DNA of 64,000 nucleotides, taken from contig JBHGNT010000001.1 of assembly GCA_043228905.1 (NCBI GenBank), positions 31,310,001 through 31,374,000 of the forward strand, in the 5' to 3' direction. Position numbers and translations under genes: made by a program. The DNA comes from Azolla caroliniana. Lineage: Eukaryota > Plantae > Polypodiophyta. The notes under the pieces were generated by a model. That model was not told the DNA's origin and searched no databases. It was given only the letters and a program-made list of their open reading frames with translations. Below, one piece after another: positions 25,940 through 39,278 of this stretch. Each line of letters starts with the position of its first letter. The first letter of the stretch is position 1.

Positions 25940-26990
25940 CGGAAGTTCCTGTCCGCCACATAAGGTTTGAAGAATCTCTAAAGACATCAGATGATTTCTG
26001 CGCAAAACCCCTGATTTATGCAGAGGAAACCAATTTCTACGTAACATATGCAAATAAATTCTATATGGCCCCAAAATGAAACTAACAAGGTCTGAGAAAT
26101 TCTTTCAGAAGCCAAACAATTTCCACAATACAGGGTACTCGGAAAAAAAACAGTTTTTGCTCAAGTCCTGTGAAATGAAGTCGCTTCGTCATAAGATCTG
26201 GGAAAAGTGAAGTGATTTTTTACAACGTAAGGTTCATAGAATCAAACGGTTTCTACCCAAGATCTGTGAAATCAAAGGGTTCCGACCACATAAGGTATGC
26301 AACGCTAAATAATATCGACAATATACATGATATCTGCATAAGGTCTGGGAAATTAAGTAGCAATATATGATTTCTCCACAGGATGGCTGGTTTCTTTCTA
26401 CATAGGTATTGGGAATCAATTAACAAGGCAAAATTTCCATTAAGGTGATTGTTTCCTGTTTACACAAGGTCTTTGAAAGTCGTGTAAGCATGGAAGTCGT
26501 TTGCACAAGACATGGGACACCAAATGAAATAGCAAGGCATCATTTTTCCATAAAAGGGATTGCTTTCTTTAGCTGACAAATCAAATAGCAAAGACATTAT
26601 CTCTACATAAATCGATGAAATGAAGTGGTAGGATCTCTCTAACAGGTCAGCTAAATCAAATAGAAAGGCAGAATTTCTAAATACAAGGACCATTTTATTT
26701 CTATGTGAAGGCTGAAAGTCAAATAGTAAGGCAGGATTTCTCATAAGGTCTGAAAAATGAGTTCGCAAGGTAGGATTTATAGGCAAAGCTTTTGAAATCA
26801 AATAGCAGGTCAGGATGATTACGAGACTGTTGTCCATAAGGCCTGTGCAATCAGTTAGCAAGACAATATGTATTTCATAAGGTCTATGAAATGGTAGGAT
26901 TTCTCCATAAGGTCTACTCAATCAAATGGAAATGCAGGATTTCTACATACTGTTACGAAAGTGTTTCATAAAGTTTTTTGAAGTATCTGA
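25940..26990. repeat. Highly degenerate ~45-50 bp tandem array, probably in a 5' UTR intron
   Basis: Recurring TTTC(T/C)..CATAAGGTCT...AAATCAAATAGCAAGGCA-like units throughout. Candidate donor AAG|GTTTGA at ~25965. Confidence 0.65.
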
Positions 26991-27101
26991 ACATGCAGTC
27001 ATTATCTTCTCTCCCGATTTGCATCAGAAATTAAGCGAAACGTAACATAATTTCTTCTTATTTGTGTGGATAATCTTCATAAAAAACTAGGTGTTAGTAT
27101 T

Positions 27102-29689
27102 ATGGATTCTTCATGGATCAAAAGATGGCACCGCAAGGATGAACTAGAATACTCAAAAGGGACCACTACAGAAGTTTCTACAGTACATGAAGAATGCCAA
27201 AATCTTGTAGCTGAGGTTCAAGAAAGAAATTTGTACTTACAATGTCTTGAAGAGAAAGAAATTCATGATAAGGTTGTGTCAAATGATGAATCTTTTATTG
27301 AAAAGAAGAACACAGAAATCCATTTTGATGATATCCAACATGGTGGACACAAGAATAAGGAGACTTTCTCTTGTGATCTACAAGAAGAGAATAGAAAGAA
27401 TGCCATCACTAGACATAGAATGAATCTCACTTTAGGAGGAGCTTCCTATGGCACTACAATACAAGAAGAAGAACGAAGTATCAGACCACAAGAAGAGGTA
27501 TTCAAACTTGTTTCTGATAAGCCTCCTCTTCCTCCTCATCGGAATAAGAGTGGATTACCCCCAAAGTTCATTCCTGGACAAAAAGCATTTGCTGAAAATT
27601 TATCATGTGATTTCCCAGTTACTGATTTACAATTGAATCTTGCACCACCAGCTATTCAACACCCTGTTACTCAAGAATCTACTATCAAAACACTGAACAT
27701 TAAGACGGGAAAAGAAACCTTGAAGCTTGGGAGCTCACATACATCTAAAATAGATGATACATCCTCATCTATATCAAGTCTACCTTGGGGAATCTTTACA
27801 GAAGCAGGTGGTCCTTCAGGAAGAGTAAAGAATCACATCATGGATATGTACACACAAGCTCACGAAAGGCTAACAAATCAGAGTGTATCTCAGGTAGTGA
27901 ATAAGGTTCCTACTAAAGAAATCGACAGATCTTTAAAACTGACACTTCAAACAGGTGCTATTGCTCCTTACAATGTTCAACAAGAAAGCCAATTCTTCCA
28001 GTTACCCAATAAATTAGCAGAAAATCCTCAGATAGAATGTAGTTCTGGAGACTTGGCCATCGTTCTTGGTCAAAGAAATTCATACCATGGTCATTTACAT
28101 GAAAGGGGGATAGACAATATCCATCTTATTCGAGGTGAGTGAAAGTTAGTCAATTCATTTTAAGAGGCGTTTCCAATTGATGTGAAATGGATAAGTGAAA
28201 GACAATCTAACAAAATTGATGATGAATGCATGCCTGCACATAGGGCACTTCAGGAATATCATGGAAAATGAGGTGCATAATCATATTGAAAATTTAAGAT
28301 AGTATAGGATTGAGATCCATTTATGGTCCAACATGTATGAGTTCTCAATTATGAAGTGAATTAGTTTAGCTCGTCATGGTTGTCATACTTTCTTTCATAG
28401 CTTGTCATATGTTTATATGAATCTTGCTAATTGCAGAAGTACATCGTTAAACTCTATACCTTTACACTTAATACATCATAGCTGCTCATTTTTTGTAAAA
28501 CGGATTGAGAAATTGATCTTTAGGTAAAAATAAACCTAACAATGGTAAATGGTCAAGCACTTAAATTGTAGTGGATGATGAGATAAAGAGTGAGTTTATG
28601 TGTCAGCAATTGAGTAAAAAACGAGATATCAAAATATTATGTTGTTAAAAGCAAGCCCATGAAAAAGAAAAGGTCAAAGAAAGAATGGTTTGTAAGAAGC
28701 AACTAGTCCGGAAATATCTGATTTATGAACTAACTATATTTCTGTATAAATATACCTTTTCCTGATAAAAGCACGTTGAAATTTGAAAATGTGTGTTTTG
28801 TGTCCAATTAGTTATGATGGATTCAAGATGGTTTTGGGCAGGCAAACAGTGTCATCTGCACGAAGAGGCTCCAAATCATTTAAATTTTCCTTTGAGAAAT
28901 AATACCTACGGATCAACTCTTCGAATGGAACAACAAGAAGTATTAAATTCAAGGAATGGTAATCTAGGTCAAAGGCAACATGAGCAAGTATTGGATGGTA
29001 TAAGTCAAATTCAGAATGAGAAGGTTAACATGGAAGGAAATGAGGTTAATTTCGCTCTTCATAACCAGAAGCTAAAATCAAAGACAAAAGTTAATCCCTT
29101 ATCAGGTGGATTGAGCCAAGTAGTTGTATCTTCTGAAAAATCAAGTCATAAGCAAGAAGTAGTTTCTTCACTAGGCAAACGCCCACACAAGAACCTTGAC
29201 GGCAATGTTTTCAAATCAAAGACATTAGAGAAGGAAACAAATATGAAAACCTCGAGCACATCTCATATTTGGATTCAGAGATGGCACCCAAATACAACAG
29301 ATAATGATACTAAAACCGTTATGTCAGATGCAAGTGTATTATCTGTAAGACAAAACCCAACATCTTCTACATCTGTATCTACATATTCTAGTTTTGGTAT
29401 GAAGAAATTCAAGGACAGTGATAGTTATGGATTGTTCAGACATAGGTCAAGAGAGGTGAAAAGCAAGAATACAGATGTGAAAGGCCAACATGTAGAAAGC
29501 TCACATGCAATTTATACAAAAAGCCTTCCTAGTCCTGCAGCCATGGCTATTGTTGGAACAGCAGCTCGGCAATTTTGCACTTCTCATCCTCATCGAATGG
29601 GTTCTTTTGCTTTCTGGTCAGGATTTGGTATGTCTTCGCCTCAAAAGGTAGAGTTTCGACAAGGAGGAAAATCTAAGTCAATATCATGA
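27102..29689 (+). CDS. PCH1-like protein (similar to the At2g16365 family, PHOTOPERIODIC CONTROL OF HYPOCOTYL 1), ~636 aa, 2 coding exons
   Basis: Exons 27102-28134 and 28812-29689 (GAG|GTGAGT...TTAG|TT, phase 1, joining two long ORFs). C-terminal HIWIQRWH and LPSPAAMAIVGTAARQF...RMGSFAFW resemble the (S)WI.RW and FPSIAAMALMGKA...GSF.VW motifs I recall from PCH1-family proteins. The gene model is solid; the family call is from memory only. Confidence 0.6.
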
Positions 29690-30751
29690 GCCAAATATGG
29701 GTAAATTTTGGCAATGCAGAAACATCAGGTGAAAAAGATGCATCTCTCTTTAGATCTGACTGAATATAAATACATGGAATTAATTGAATATTTCTAACAA
29801 ACTGTCTTTTTATAGCTGGGCTTCAATCAAATTTTATTCTCTCTTTTTCTTTGGAGCCATAGTCACGACACCGTGTTGTACCTTGCATTCATCAGTGTAT
29901 TATGTTAATGTTTTACCATTTTGACATATGGAGAGCCAATGTCTATGGTTTTGAAAAAATGAAATGAAATATTATATACGTGTAGATCAATCTGATTTCC
30001 TTACTGTTTTGTTTTCTGAATCCTTTTGTCTTTTTTCCCATTTCTAGCAAAAACCCCTTTGTTTTCTTTTAATACCATTTTGATGATATCTGTGTCCAAT
30101 ATTTGGAGACTATGCAGGAGAAACCCATTTGTAATATCTTTACCTATGTTTCCTTTTTTCTGTATAAATAACACTAATAATCATTTGAATATGTTTGGAA
30201 CTTACTGTAGATTTTTTTTTGATGGTTTTGTAGTTGTGCTGTTTTCTCTTAAAAATGTACGGGGTAAAATGTTGGTGGTTTTTGTGTGGCTGAATTTTCT
30301 CATAAAAGAACACGCCTACCATTTTTTGATATGCACTTGCTATGGTTCTCTTCACCCACCCTAAACCTGCAGCCCATGATTTGATCCGTACATCTCTTTG
30401 GATCTATTGTGTCTTGAAGAATTCATCATTGTCTTCTTCCTTTGAAGTTTATGATAAAGTTTTATGGAAGTGTATATTGGTTTCTAAGTTAAATTGATTT
30501 GATTCTCCTCAAAGCACAAATCACTGACTATTTTCTCATGGTATACTATTTGGATCTATTGTAAATCAAACAATGTAGTTATGTCCCCTTTTTCTCCAAT
30601 ATATTCATCCTCCACTCCTAAATTCTATAAAATCTTTTGCTCCAATGTATCATATTTTATCTTTGGGGAAATCAACATGCCATCTATGGAATGGGATTGG
30701 CCATGGCAAGGATTGGACTAAGTTCCCTCAATTGCATGGCTTACCATGAAT

Positions 30752-30952
30752 TACCAACTTGAAATATCTAGAGAAGTGGAGATCAAAAGACCATGTATGT
30801 AAACCATGACTGACCAACTTGTAATATCTAGAGAAGTGGATATTAAAACCCACATATGTAAACCATGACTGACCAACTTGAAATATCTAGAGAAGTGGAG
30901 ATCAAAAGCCCACATACGTAAATCATGACTGACCAACTTGAAATATCTAGAC
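30752..30952. repeat. ~60-bp tandem minisatellite, ~3.3 copies
   Basis: ACCAACTTGAAATATCTAGAGAAGTGGAGATCAAAAG...AAACCATGACTG at ~30753, ~30813, ~30872 and ~30932, with a partial copy near 31104. Confidence 0.9.
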
Positions 30953-32178
30953 CTTGGCATCCCACTACATTTTCATCCGTTTCAACCATGAAATTTTTGA
31001 AGCATGTACCATGGTTGTGAACAGTTTCAAGATACTACATTTTGAAAACATACTACAGTTTCAATGATCAAGGCTAGTGTGCGAATGGGCTTGACTGTTG
31101 TCATCAAAAGACCATGTATGTAAACCCTGACATCCCACTGCTTTTTCATCCTTTCCTAGAAGTTTCATCAATAAAATTTTAAGCATTTACTATGGCAGCT
31201 AACAGTTTCAAGACACATCAACATTTTGAAAACATGCTTCTAAATTGTTCAAGCTATGATTATGGATTGCACATATGTCTAATCCAGTGTGCAAATGGCC
31301 TCATTGAGCAATTTCGTGGAGGGCCTTCTTCATTGTGCAAACTCAATGCCCACAACTTTGAACATGAAGTTCCAGAAATGGAGGAAGTTTTTAAAAAACC
31401 CAATGCCCACAACTTAAGTTCCAGAAATGAAGGAAATCCAAGCCCTCCATGTGCTATTTCACTTACATGACTGGGGCTTTATGTCTTCATGGGTTCTGTA
31501 GAACTTTGAATTAATTTATGATATGATGTGATATGCACATACAATAAATTCCTAGATGTTGCAAAATCAGTAAAAGATGGTCCTTATATACATCATTTAT
31601 ACAAAATCTAGACAAAGAAATACATCACTTTGCAAAATATTCCATCACTATGGGTGTCATACATTAAATTTACAAACACATTAGGAATGAATCCAAATGG
31701 AGATATGCATTACAAAAGATTAAATGTACATCCAACAATCAGTAGATTAGCTGTAAGAAAATGAGAAACGACAAGATAGATTTGCGCAAATTTCAAAGAA
31801 TCAGAACAGGAAGACTAGTAACAAACCATGTTATCTATTCATAATATAAATATCACATGATACTCACCATAACAATTCACTAAATAGTTGAATATTTCTG
31901 TGACTATTGTTAAATGAATTCAAATGCTTCCTGTAGTGCGTCATTACATGGATTCAATGTCAAAACATCCGCAGAAAATGCAAGCAGACTTGTCCTAAAA
32001 AATATCTGCAATGTCAGGTCAATGCTTTCTAATTGCCCTTGATGCATTATAAATAAATAAATATATTACCTAATTCTTCCTGTGAATGCACATGCATAGC
32101 TCAAGTGTTGCTACAGACAGGTGTGTGTGTGTGTGCATGTTTATATTTTTTGATGATCCCCATATCTTAATAGATTGA

Positions 32179-34393
32179 TCATCGAAACTGGTCTGGTTGC
32201 TTGGGTTTGCTTTGGACAACCGCCTCTATCCTCTCGATCACATCCGGGGTTAACATTGGGATCACATCAAGGGACTTCATATTCTCTATTATCTGTTTAG
32301 ATCCCAATACATAATCTGTTAGTAACTTGGTGGACCTGATATCTATATACATATATAGTGCATGTGCATTTGTATTTTAAATGTATGCATAATTTACTGT
32401 CATACTTCTGGGGTTAACATTGGGATCACTTGAGGAACTTCATATCCTTTATTATCTGTTTAGACTCCCACAATACATAATCCAGGAGTAACTTAACAGA
32501 CCTGATATCTATCTACACATATCGTGCATGAGCATTTGTAATTTAAATGTCTGCATAATTTACTGTAATACTTCTGGGGTTAGCATTGGGGTCACTCGGG
32601 GAACTTCATATCCTTTATTATCTGTTTAGACTCCAATACATAATCCATGAGTAACTTGACAGACCTGATATCTATCTACACATATAGTACATATGCCTTT
32701 GTATTTTAGATGAATACATATTTTATAGTACAGACACTACATGCGTAAAAAATTCGAATACTGTATAGAAGCATACAAGAGTATATCGCTCTGTGTGTAT
32801 ATGTATATGTTAGAAAGACAAGAGCAGTCCTACAAAAAATTTACCTGAGATTCTTTGGTGGCTCCAGTGATAACCGTACTAACATTGGGGTTGGAGGCGC
32901 ACCACGCAAGAACTAGCTGGGGCAATGGAACACAGAGTTCTGCCGCTATAAGTTTCAAACCGTGCACTTTCTTGAGGACGTCATCCACTAAAGACCTACT
33001 TGCCAGACTCTTTTGAGTATTTTAACACGTATAAAAAAGGATCAATCACCTTGATTTTGCTCACCAATGACACTTCAAAATTGGAAAACAAATATAATGT
33101 GCAAGGAATGGGAAAGAAACATTAAATGCTACCTTGTAGTTCTCTAAAGCAAATCGGCTGTCTGGAGGGATATTGTCCTTTGAGTATTTCCCCGTCAAGA
33201 CACCAGATGCAAGGGGACTCCAAGTGGTTAGTCCAATGCCATACTTCTTATAAAGAGGTGCAAACTCTACTTCCACCTGCACTATGTATAAAATGATTGA
33301 ATAACACATAAACAAGTATAGATATATATTGTAGGTATATAGGCAGAGACTTAATTAATATCAATCTAATAGAAAACAAATTAAATACCGTGACCTACAA
33401 TGGTTTAAAGACAGAAATGGAAACGTAATTGCACAGCCTACATCATTCAAGACTCATGAGAACATAGAAAACATAAGTTCTAAGTTAACGAGGTTTAACA
33501 TATGAAAGGCCAGTATCATTTTGTATCACAAATTACCTTGATCTACCAAGCAGCACTACATTAACTAAGGTTAACATATAAAATATCATTTTGTATCACA
33601 GATTACTTTGATCTACAAAGCATCGCTATAAATAAAATGCATATATACATATGCACATCAGACCCCACACACGGACTTCATCCAAGAAGAAACAAGAAAC
33701 CCAGATGCCCAGAAATCAATTAGTGAGGCAAAGAAACCCAATGCATAGCTAAGGTTAAGTTAAGATAAGATAAGAATAAACGAAATAACCACCAACCTTA
33801 TCCCGCGCAAAAAGGTTGTATTCGGGTTGCTCTGCTGAGGGGCCAACAAGACCGAGCCGATTTGCAACCTCCCAAGCTTCGGTGATTTGGGCAGCATTCC
33901 ATTCACTAGTACCCCAATAGAATGCCCAACCACGATTAATAACATAATTCATTGCACGAACAGTCTCTTCAATAGGGGTACTAGCATCAGGTCGATGGCA
34001 GAAAACAATGTCAACATATTCCATATCAAGTCTCTTAAGAGAAGCCCTGAGACCTTCTATAATATGCTTACGAGATAATCCTTTATCGTTGGGTCCAGGG
34101 CCACCCCAAAATACCTTTGTTGACATGACTATATCTGATCGCTTCCAACCTAACTCTTTTATGGCTTGGCCCATTACCTCTTCTGCCCGGCCGTTTGCAT
34201 ACACTTCTGCATTGTCAAAGAAGTTGACACCGAACTCGCGGCATCGAGCCAAGAGGATTTTTGCCTCTTTTACATCGACCTGGTTTCCAAAGCTCACCCA
34301 TGCTCCGTAGGAAAGGAGGCTTACCTTGAGCCCGGTATGCCCTAGGTTCCGATATGGCATGGATGATGACAATGAGCCGTTTCTTGAAGCCAT
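32179..34393 (-). CDS. KAB1: Voltage-gated K+ channel beta subunit (aldo-keto reductase fold), 4 exons
   Basis: Exons 34393-33797, 33276-33133, 33009-32845 (AAG acceptor), 32292-32179. Motifs [70 protein letters not shown], ending [10 protein letters not shown]. Confidence 0.96.
32246..32730. repeat. ~165-bp tandem triplication spanning the KAB1 last-exon acceptor
   Basis: GGGGTTA(A/G)CATTGGG(A/G)TCAC...ACTTCATAT...ATTATCTGTTTAGA...GACCTGATATCTAT occurs at ~32246, ~32410 and ~32576. Confidence 0.9.
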
Positions 34394-34689
34394 TGAATCA
34401 AGAAAAAAGAAAAAAGATGATTAGGTGACTGCAAACAATGTGACGACGATGATGAAGAAAGGCCTCGAGCAGAGAAGACGACGATGCTGAAAATGACAAA
34501 GATCGAAAGCTTTGTTTCTTCTGTCTACCGTCTTTTGTGACTATGGTAATGAGAAAGTAAAACGAGAAAGAAGTAAATAAGACGAAAGGAGGTTAAGAAG
34601 TGAAGAAAGAAAGGGCACTATTTCTGACGAAGAAGATGGGTTATATTCTCCTCTGGAGCAGGACGAGAAAGGACTCTGTTTTCCTATAA

Positions 34690-34829
34690 AGAAGAAGAAG
34701 AAGAAGAAGAAGGAGGAGAGGAACAGAGGGGTCTGTTTCTTGTCTATGAAGAAGAAAGGAAGAAAGGGTACACTGTTGTTCTCTTGTCTGTCTGTCTGTC
34801 TGTCTGTCTCTGTCTGTCTATGTGACTGT

Positions 34830-34875
<46 letters not shown>

Positions 34876-35170
34876 GAAGAAGAAGAGGAAGTAAAGGCTT
34901 ATTAAGCTTGAGCTAAAGCTGCTAATTTTTTTGTGTTTCTATTTTGTTTTGTTTTGGTTTGAAGGGGCCCTTTCCTTAGACGACACCAATTTGCATTCTA
35001 TTGAAAAATCAAAGCTTCTGGACTCATTTTCCACTACGTGTGTATGTGCCACGTGTTTTCCCTTCACATACATACAATACTCCTCCAAGTGATTGATTTA
35101 GGAATGAGAAGGGCCGGCCATTTGGCCGCCCGGCCACTAGCACGCCCGCCCGCCCGCCTCTAAACCCTAG
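34690..35170 (-). promoter_or_regulatory. KAB1 promoter/leader with (CTT)n, (CAGA)n and (CT)n SSRs, G-box and telo-box
   Basis: (GA)n on + at 34833-34872, CACGTG at ~35050, AAACCCTAG at 35162-35170. Function is inferred from position only. Confidence 0.45.
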
Positions 35171-37976
35171 GATTGAGACTCCCGCCCAACGAGAAGCTTA
35201 GCAACTGCCAAAATCCATGCCTCCCCCCCTCCTTGCAAATATTGACATATTTTGTCCATGTGGCCCCAAGCTCATTGATCACAAAAAAAAATAATCTTTG
35301 GCCATGAAACCCGGAATTTCATGTAAGATGTGCCCACAATTAAAACCCTATAGGTCGCAATAAAGGTAGCATCCGCAACTTGTTGCTTACCAAACAGGGC
35401 GGCTGTCTCTCATTGAATGAAACCTACACAAGCCTAGTCGATACTAGCAAGAGTTACTTTTGTCAACTAGCCATCTATGCATTTGCATTATGTGAATTCA
35501 TTTGGTGGTTTTTATTTATTATTGTTTAACTTGGGTGACACACTGTTAGACATATTATTCACGTTGAGTTTGTCATCAGTAGCTACTAACAAGTTGATAT
35601 TATACAGGTTTTGGGATGGTATGGACTTTTAGGACAATGTTTAGACTTATTACACTAATGCTACTCGATTTTGTAGTTGATGACTTGTTTGAGATTGTTA
35701 ATACCATCACATGGGTATGTGGGCACTCACACACAACCCCCCGCCACCTTTTGAAGTGGGAGAAGGAATCAAACACCCTTTAACTTTACTTGCTAAAGAG
35801 CCAACCTGGCAAAAGGCGCTCCACGACTAAATGGAAATTGTTTATGTCAAGTGTTCCGGTATTCGATAAAAAGGTGCCATTGAGCAACACCACTATCTCA
35901 CATGCTAGTGCCCGAAATCCAAATTGGTTTTGTTCATTTGTCAATGCTTGTGTTATTTTGGCATCACAAATAGTAAAGAAATGCATGGAGATAATTGATT
36001 GAGCAATGCCCCCACCCTACAAACTCCATCATTGAGAGTTTTGTATATCTGCATAGTAGTAATGCATTTAATGAACAATAACTCATGCTAGGGTCATCAA
36101 GCTAAAAAAGAGTTGGATTAAGTTTCACATAAAGGATAATTATTTACGCTTTTTTAATTCTACAATAAACAGTAATATAAGTGTGTAATACGTACGTAGA
36201 TTTTTGTTTTTGTGCCCCGAGCGAGTTCAAGACTTCTTGTATGATTATGGAGCGAAATTGTAGCCACTCTAAAGAGCCAATATGATGACCTCAAGGGCGG
36301 AGCCGATGGAATCGAAAGACAACGAATAGCCTTCATCCAACAATGGTCGTCCTCTCCCTTTCTTGAGTCAGTGGGCATCCACATAAGATGGAACTATTGT
36401 GGCTCTAGAGGGATTTGTACATAATAGTCTCATTTGTAAAATTTTATAACTAATGGAAGGAGTTTTCTTTTCGGGAAAAAAAGAAGAAGACTTCTTGTAT
36501 GATGAGATTGAACCATGATGGATTAAATATTTTTAATGGATACACATTTTTTTATCCAACACTAAATACTCCATATTTGAAACTTCATGCTCCTTAAGTC
36601 ATTTTTTAGATGTTAAATGCCATAGGTTTACTTAATTTGTTGTACGCATAATTCATTCTTATTTACTTAATTTGTTGTACACATAGAAGTTCCATGAAAT
36701 CATGGTGCATGAAATTATGTTGTTATTGATATATTGTGATGGAAAAATATGCATATCTTTGACTTGAAAACCAAAAGAAGTTTGACATGCCAACATACAC
36801 GCTTCGTAATCAACCTCGAGTAAGCTCAAAGATATTTGGCCCTTGATGTTAGTGACTAGAATTTGACAACTAATGACCTTGCAAATATGTTTATGTGAAA
36901 CCATATGCAAATAGAAAATCAAGGTCTACATAAACACCTTGAAACATGACTACTTCACTCCATAAAAGCGTACTGATTGTAATTCAATAAAAAGCATGGC
37001 CATTTTTTCCCTTACGTGTTTGATCATTTCTTCATAAAAAAATCAAATATGTTTCTAGATAAATTAAAATCTTGTGGTTAAGAAATGAATTTGTCAACAA
37101 TGTTATCATGCACATATGATATAAGAAAAGGACACACATTAGAGGAATTCACGACCATTGACCATAACTTCCTCACTTGCATATTATATGCCCCACAACT
37201 CACGTAAGACCAGATAGAGTACACAAGAGGTAGGAGATGCCCCCACACCATTTACACAAAAAATGACATCCTCTTCACAATATTGTAAGAGAAAGTAAGC
37301 AATCCAAGCTACAGTTGAGATTCCTCGATTGCAACAACACAACCAAGTTGAATCATCTAGTGGAACTTGGGACATGTTAGAATAACCAACTTCAACTTCT
37401 CACTCTTTTATCTTTATTTACTATTTGTTAAATTCTTGATTGTTGTTGAAGCAAACAAGTTGTTTGTTTTGGTCTCATAAGTCACATTTGCTCTATAGCA
37501 ATGTTAATATGAATCGTCTTCTTTTTTTGGGTACACATTAAAGCTAGTAAGTTTAGATGCAAATGCAACACTACTAAAACTAAGTGAATCAGTGATGGAT
37601 TGTCTCATGATGGATGGGAAGGGTGTACAGTGTACAAAAATGCTGACCTAGGAAAATACAAGAACTTGGAAATTGCCACAAGAGCAATCCACATGTAAGG
37701 TAAAGGAAGATTTCTTGAGAAAAGTGATGTAATGATTTGAAAACTAGTCATGTATGTAATCATATGATACACGATGCTCCAAAAGAGCATGACATATAAA
37801 GCAAGGCATTTATGAATGCGCATCCATACATGCATGTCACATGGTCGCCATCACTCATCGACATTTGCTAACAAAGAATGTTGATATTCGCAACATGAGC
37901 CTAACTACAAGAGAATTCTCATGAAGAATGACAAGGATTACAATAAATCGAAAACATATACATATTGGTTGCTTCA

Positions 37977-38360
37977 TTCAATCGATGAAGACATTGCATG
38001 CAACAACACAACCTTAGAGATGTGTGTTTTATAAACCTTCGTAGCTTTAGACGTCCATGTTAAGATCTTGAAAGAATTCTTAAACTTACCTAGCTTTAGG
38101 AGTCCATCTTAAGTGCTTGTCTTATTAAAATGATTAAAGCTTTAAATGCATAGAATGAAACCTCAGGGCCCACACCATTCAATCGATAAAGGCATTGCAT
38201 GCAACAACACAACCTTAGTGACATGTGTTTTATAAACCGTGGTAGCTTTAGACGTCTATGTTAAGATCTTGGAAAAATTCTTAAACTTACTTTAACTTTA
38301 AAAGTCTATGTTAAGTGCTTGTCTTATTAAAATTATTAAAGCTTTAAATGCATAGAATAA
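37977..38360. repeat. ~201-bp tandem duplication
   Basis: TTCAATCGAT.AAG.CATTGCATGCAACAACACAACCTTAG...AAAGCTTTAAATGCATAGAAT at ~37977 and ~38178. Confidence 0.9.
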
Positions 38361-39080
38361 CATCCCACACCATTGGTAAATCGCAAGACTGCCGCGTTCG
38401 CGTCTTGATATATGTGTTTGCATTTATTATAAAATCCATTGGACAAGAAAATGGGTTTCCGAAGTTTATTTGCATACCATTACGTGGTTCTAAAAACCTT
38501 GGGAGAAGTACCCTTACAAGTTTCTAAAAAAAATGCATCTACACACTTAGACCCTTACAAGTCCTAAAAAATGGCTTGACCATTTTAGTTTCCACCCTAG
38601 AAGGCTTAGAAACAATATATGCTTTGTGCTAGTACCCTTACGAGTTTCTAAAATATCAATCATATATCGTAACCAACATGAGGCTCTAAAATATCAAATC
38701 TACACTAGAAACCTCACGACGTTCGAAAATATCAAAATATGCACCGTTAGAAGTTTATGAAGATGAAATGTCTGCACCCTTAGGAGGTTTTAAATGACTT
38801 TGAAATAGTACGTTGAGTTTCCAAAGTACTAGTACCATTTTTCATTTGGAGTTTCTAGAATATTAAAGTTTGAACTCTTGTTTATTTAATATAGAAAATA
38901 CCATCAGGTCAAGCATGAACACTAAGTTTTGAGCTAGTTGTTAACATCTCATTCTTGCAAAATGCACTATTTCTTTCAATGTTGATTGCAATCGTAGACT
39001 GTAGTTGCTCTATTGCTCTCTACAACCTCAAGTAGTATACATGTTGAATACAATTTAGTTCGTTCTCTCTCTCTCTCTCT

Positions 39081-39278
39081 TAAGTACCTTACCCTAGTGG
39101 TAAGTTGTTAACACTACAAGCATTGTGTCGTGGGTTCGAAACCCAATCTCCTCACCTCTCTATTATATACTTCATTTACTCTTAATTCACTAAACGCCAC
39201 TGTGGAATGTCGGGGTTGAACCCATGACCACTTGGTCTCCATTGGGCAACCTTACCAACTGAGCTACATCCATGTGGG
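39081..39278. mobile_element. tRNA-derived double-headed SINE-like element, copy 2 (more intact)
   Basis: + head: TACCCTAGTGG (39090-39100) and GGTTCGAAACC (39133-39143). - head: TAGCTCAGTTGG (39266-39255) and GGTTCAACCCC (39222-39212). Flanked on both sides by (CT)n at 39064-39080 and 39279-39292. Confidence 0.75.

Noticed and set aside
25222-25970. Several 96-216 aa ORFs on both strands
   Set aside because: They are homopolymeric translations of (CT)n/(CTT)n/(ACT)n microsatellites, with no domain content.
36240-36400. Coding-like stretch WSEIVATLKSQYDDLKGG...FIQQWSSSPF, perhaps a LINE 3' fragment
   Set aside because: Too short, and no diagnostic motif I can name with confidence.
39195-39272. 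Functional tRNA gene on the minus strand
   Set aside because: A and B boxes are present, but the D, anticodon and T stems do not pair properly. Treated as a tRNA-derived repeat head.
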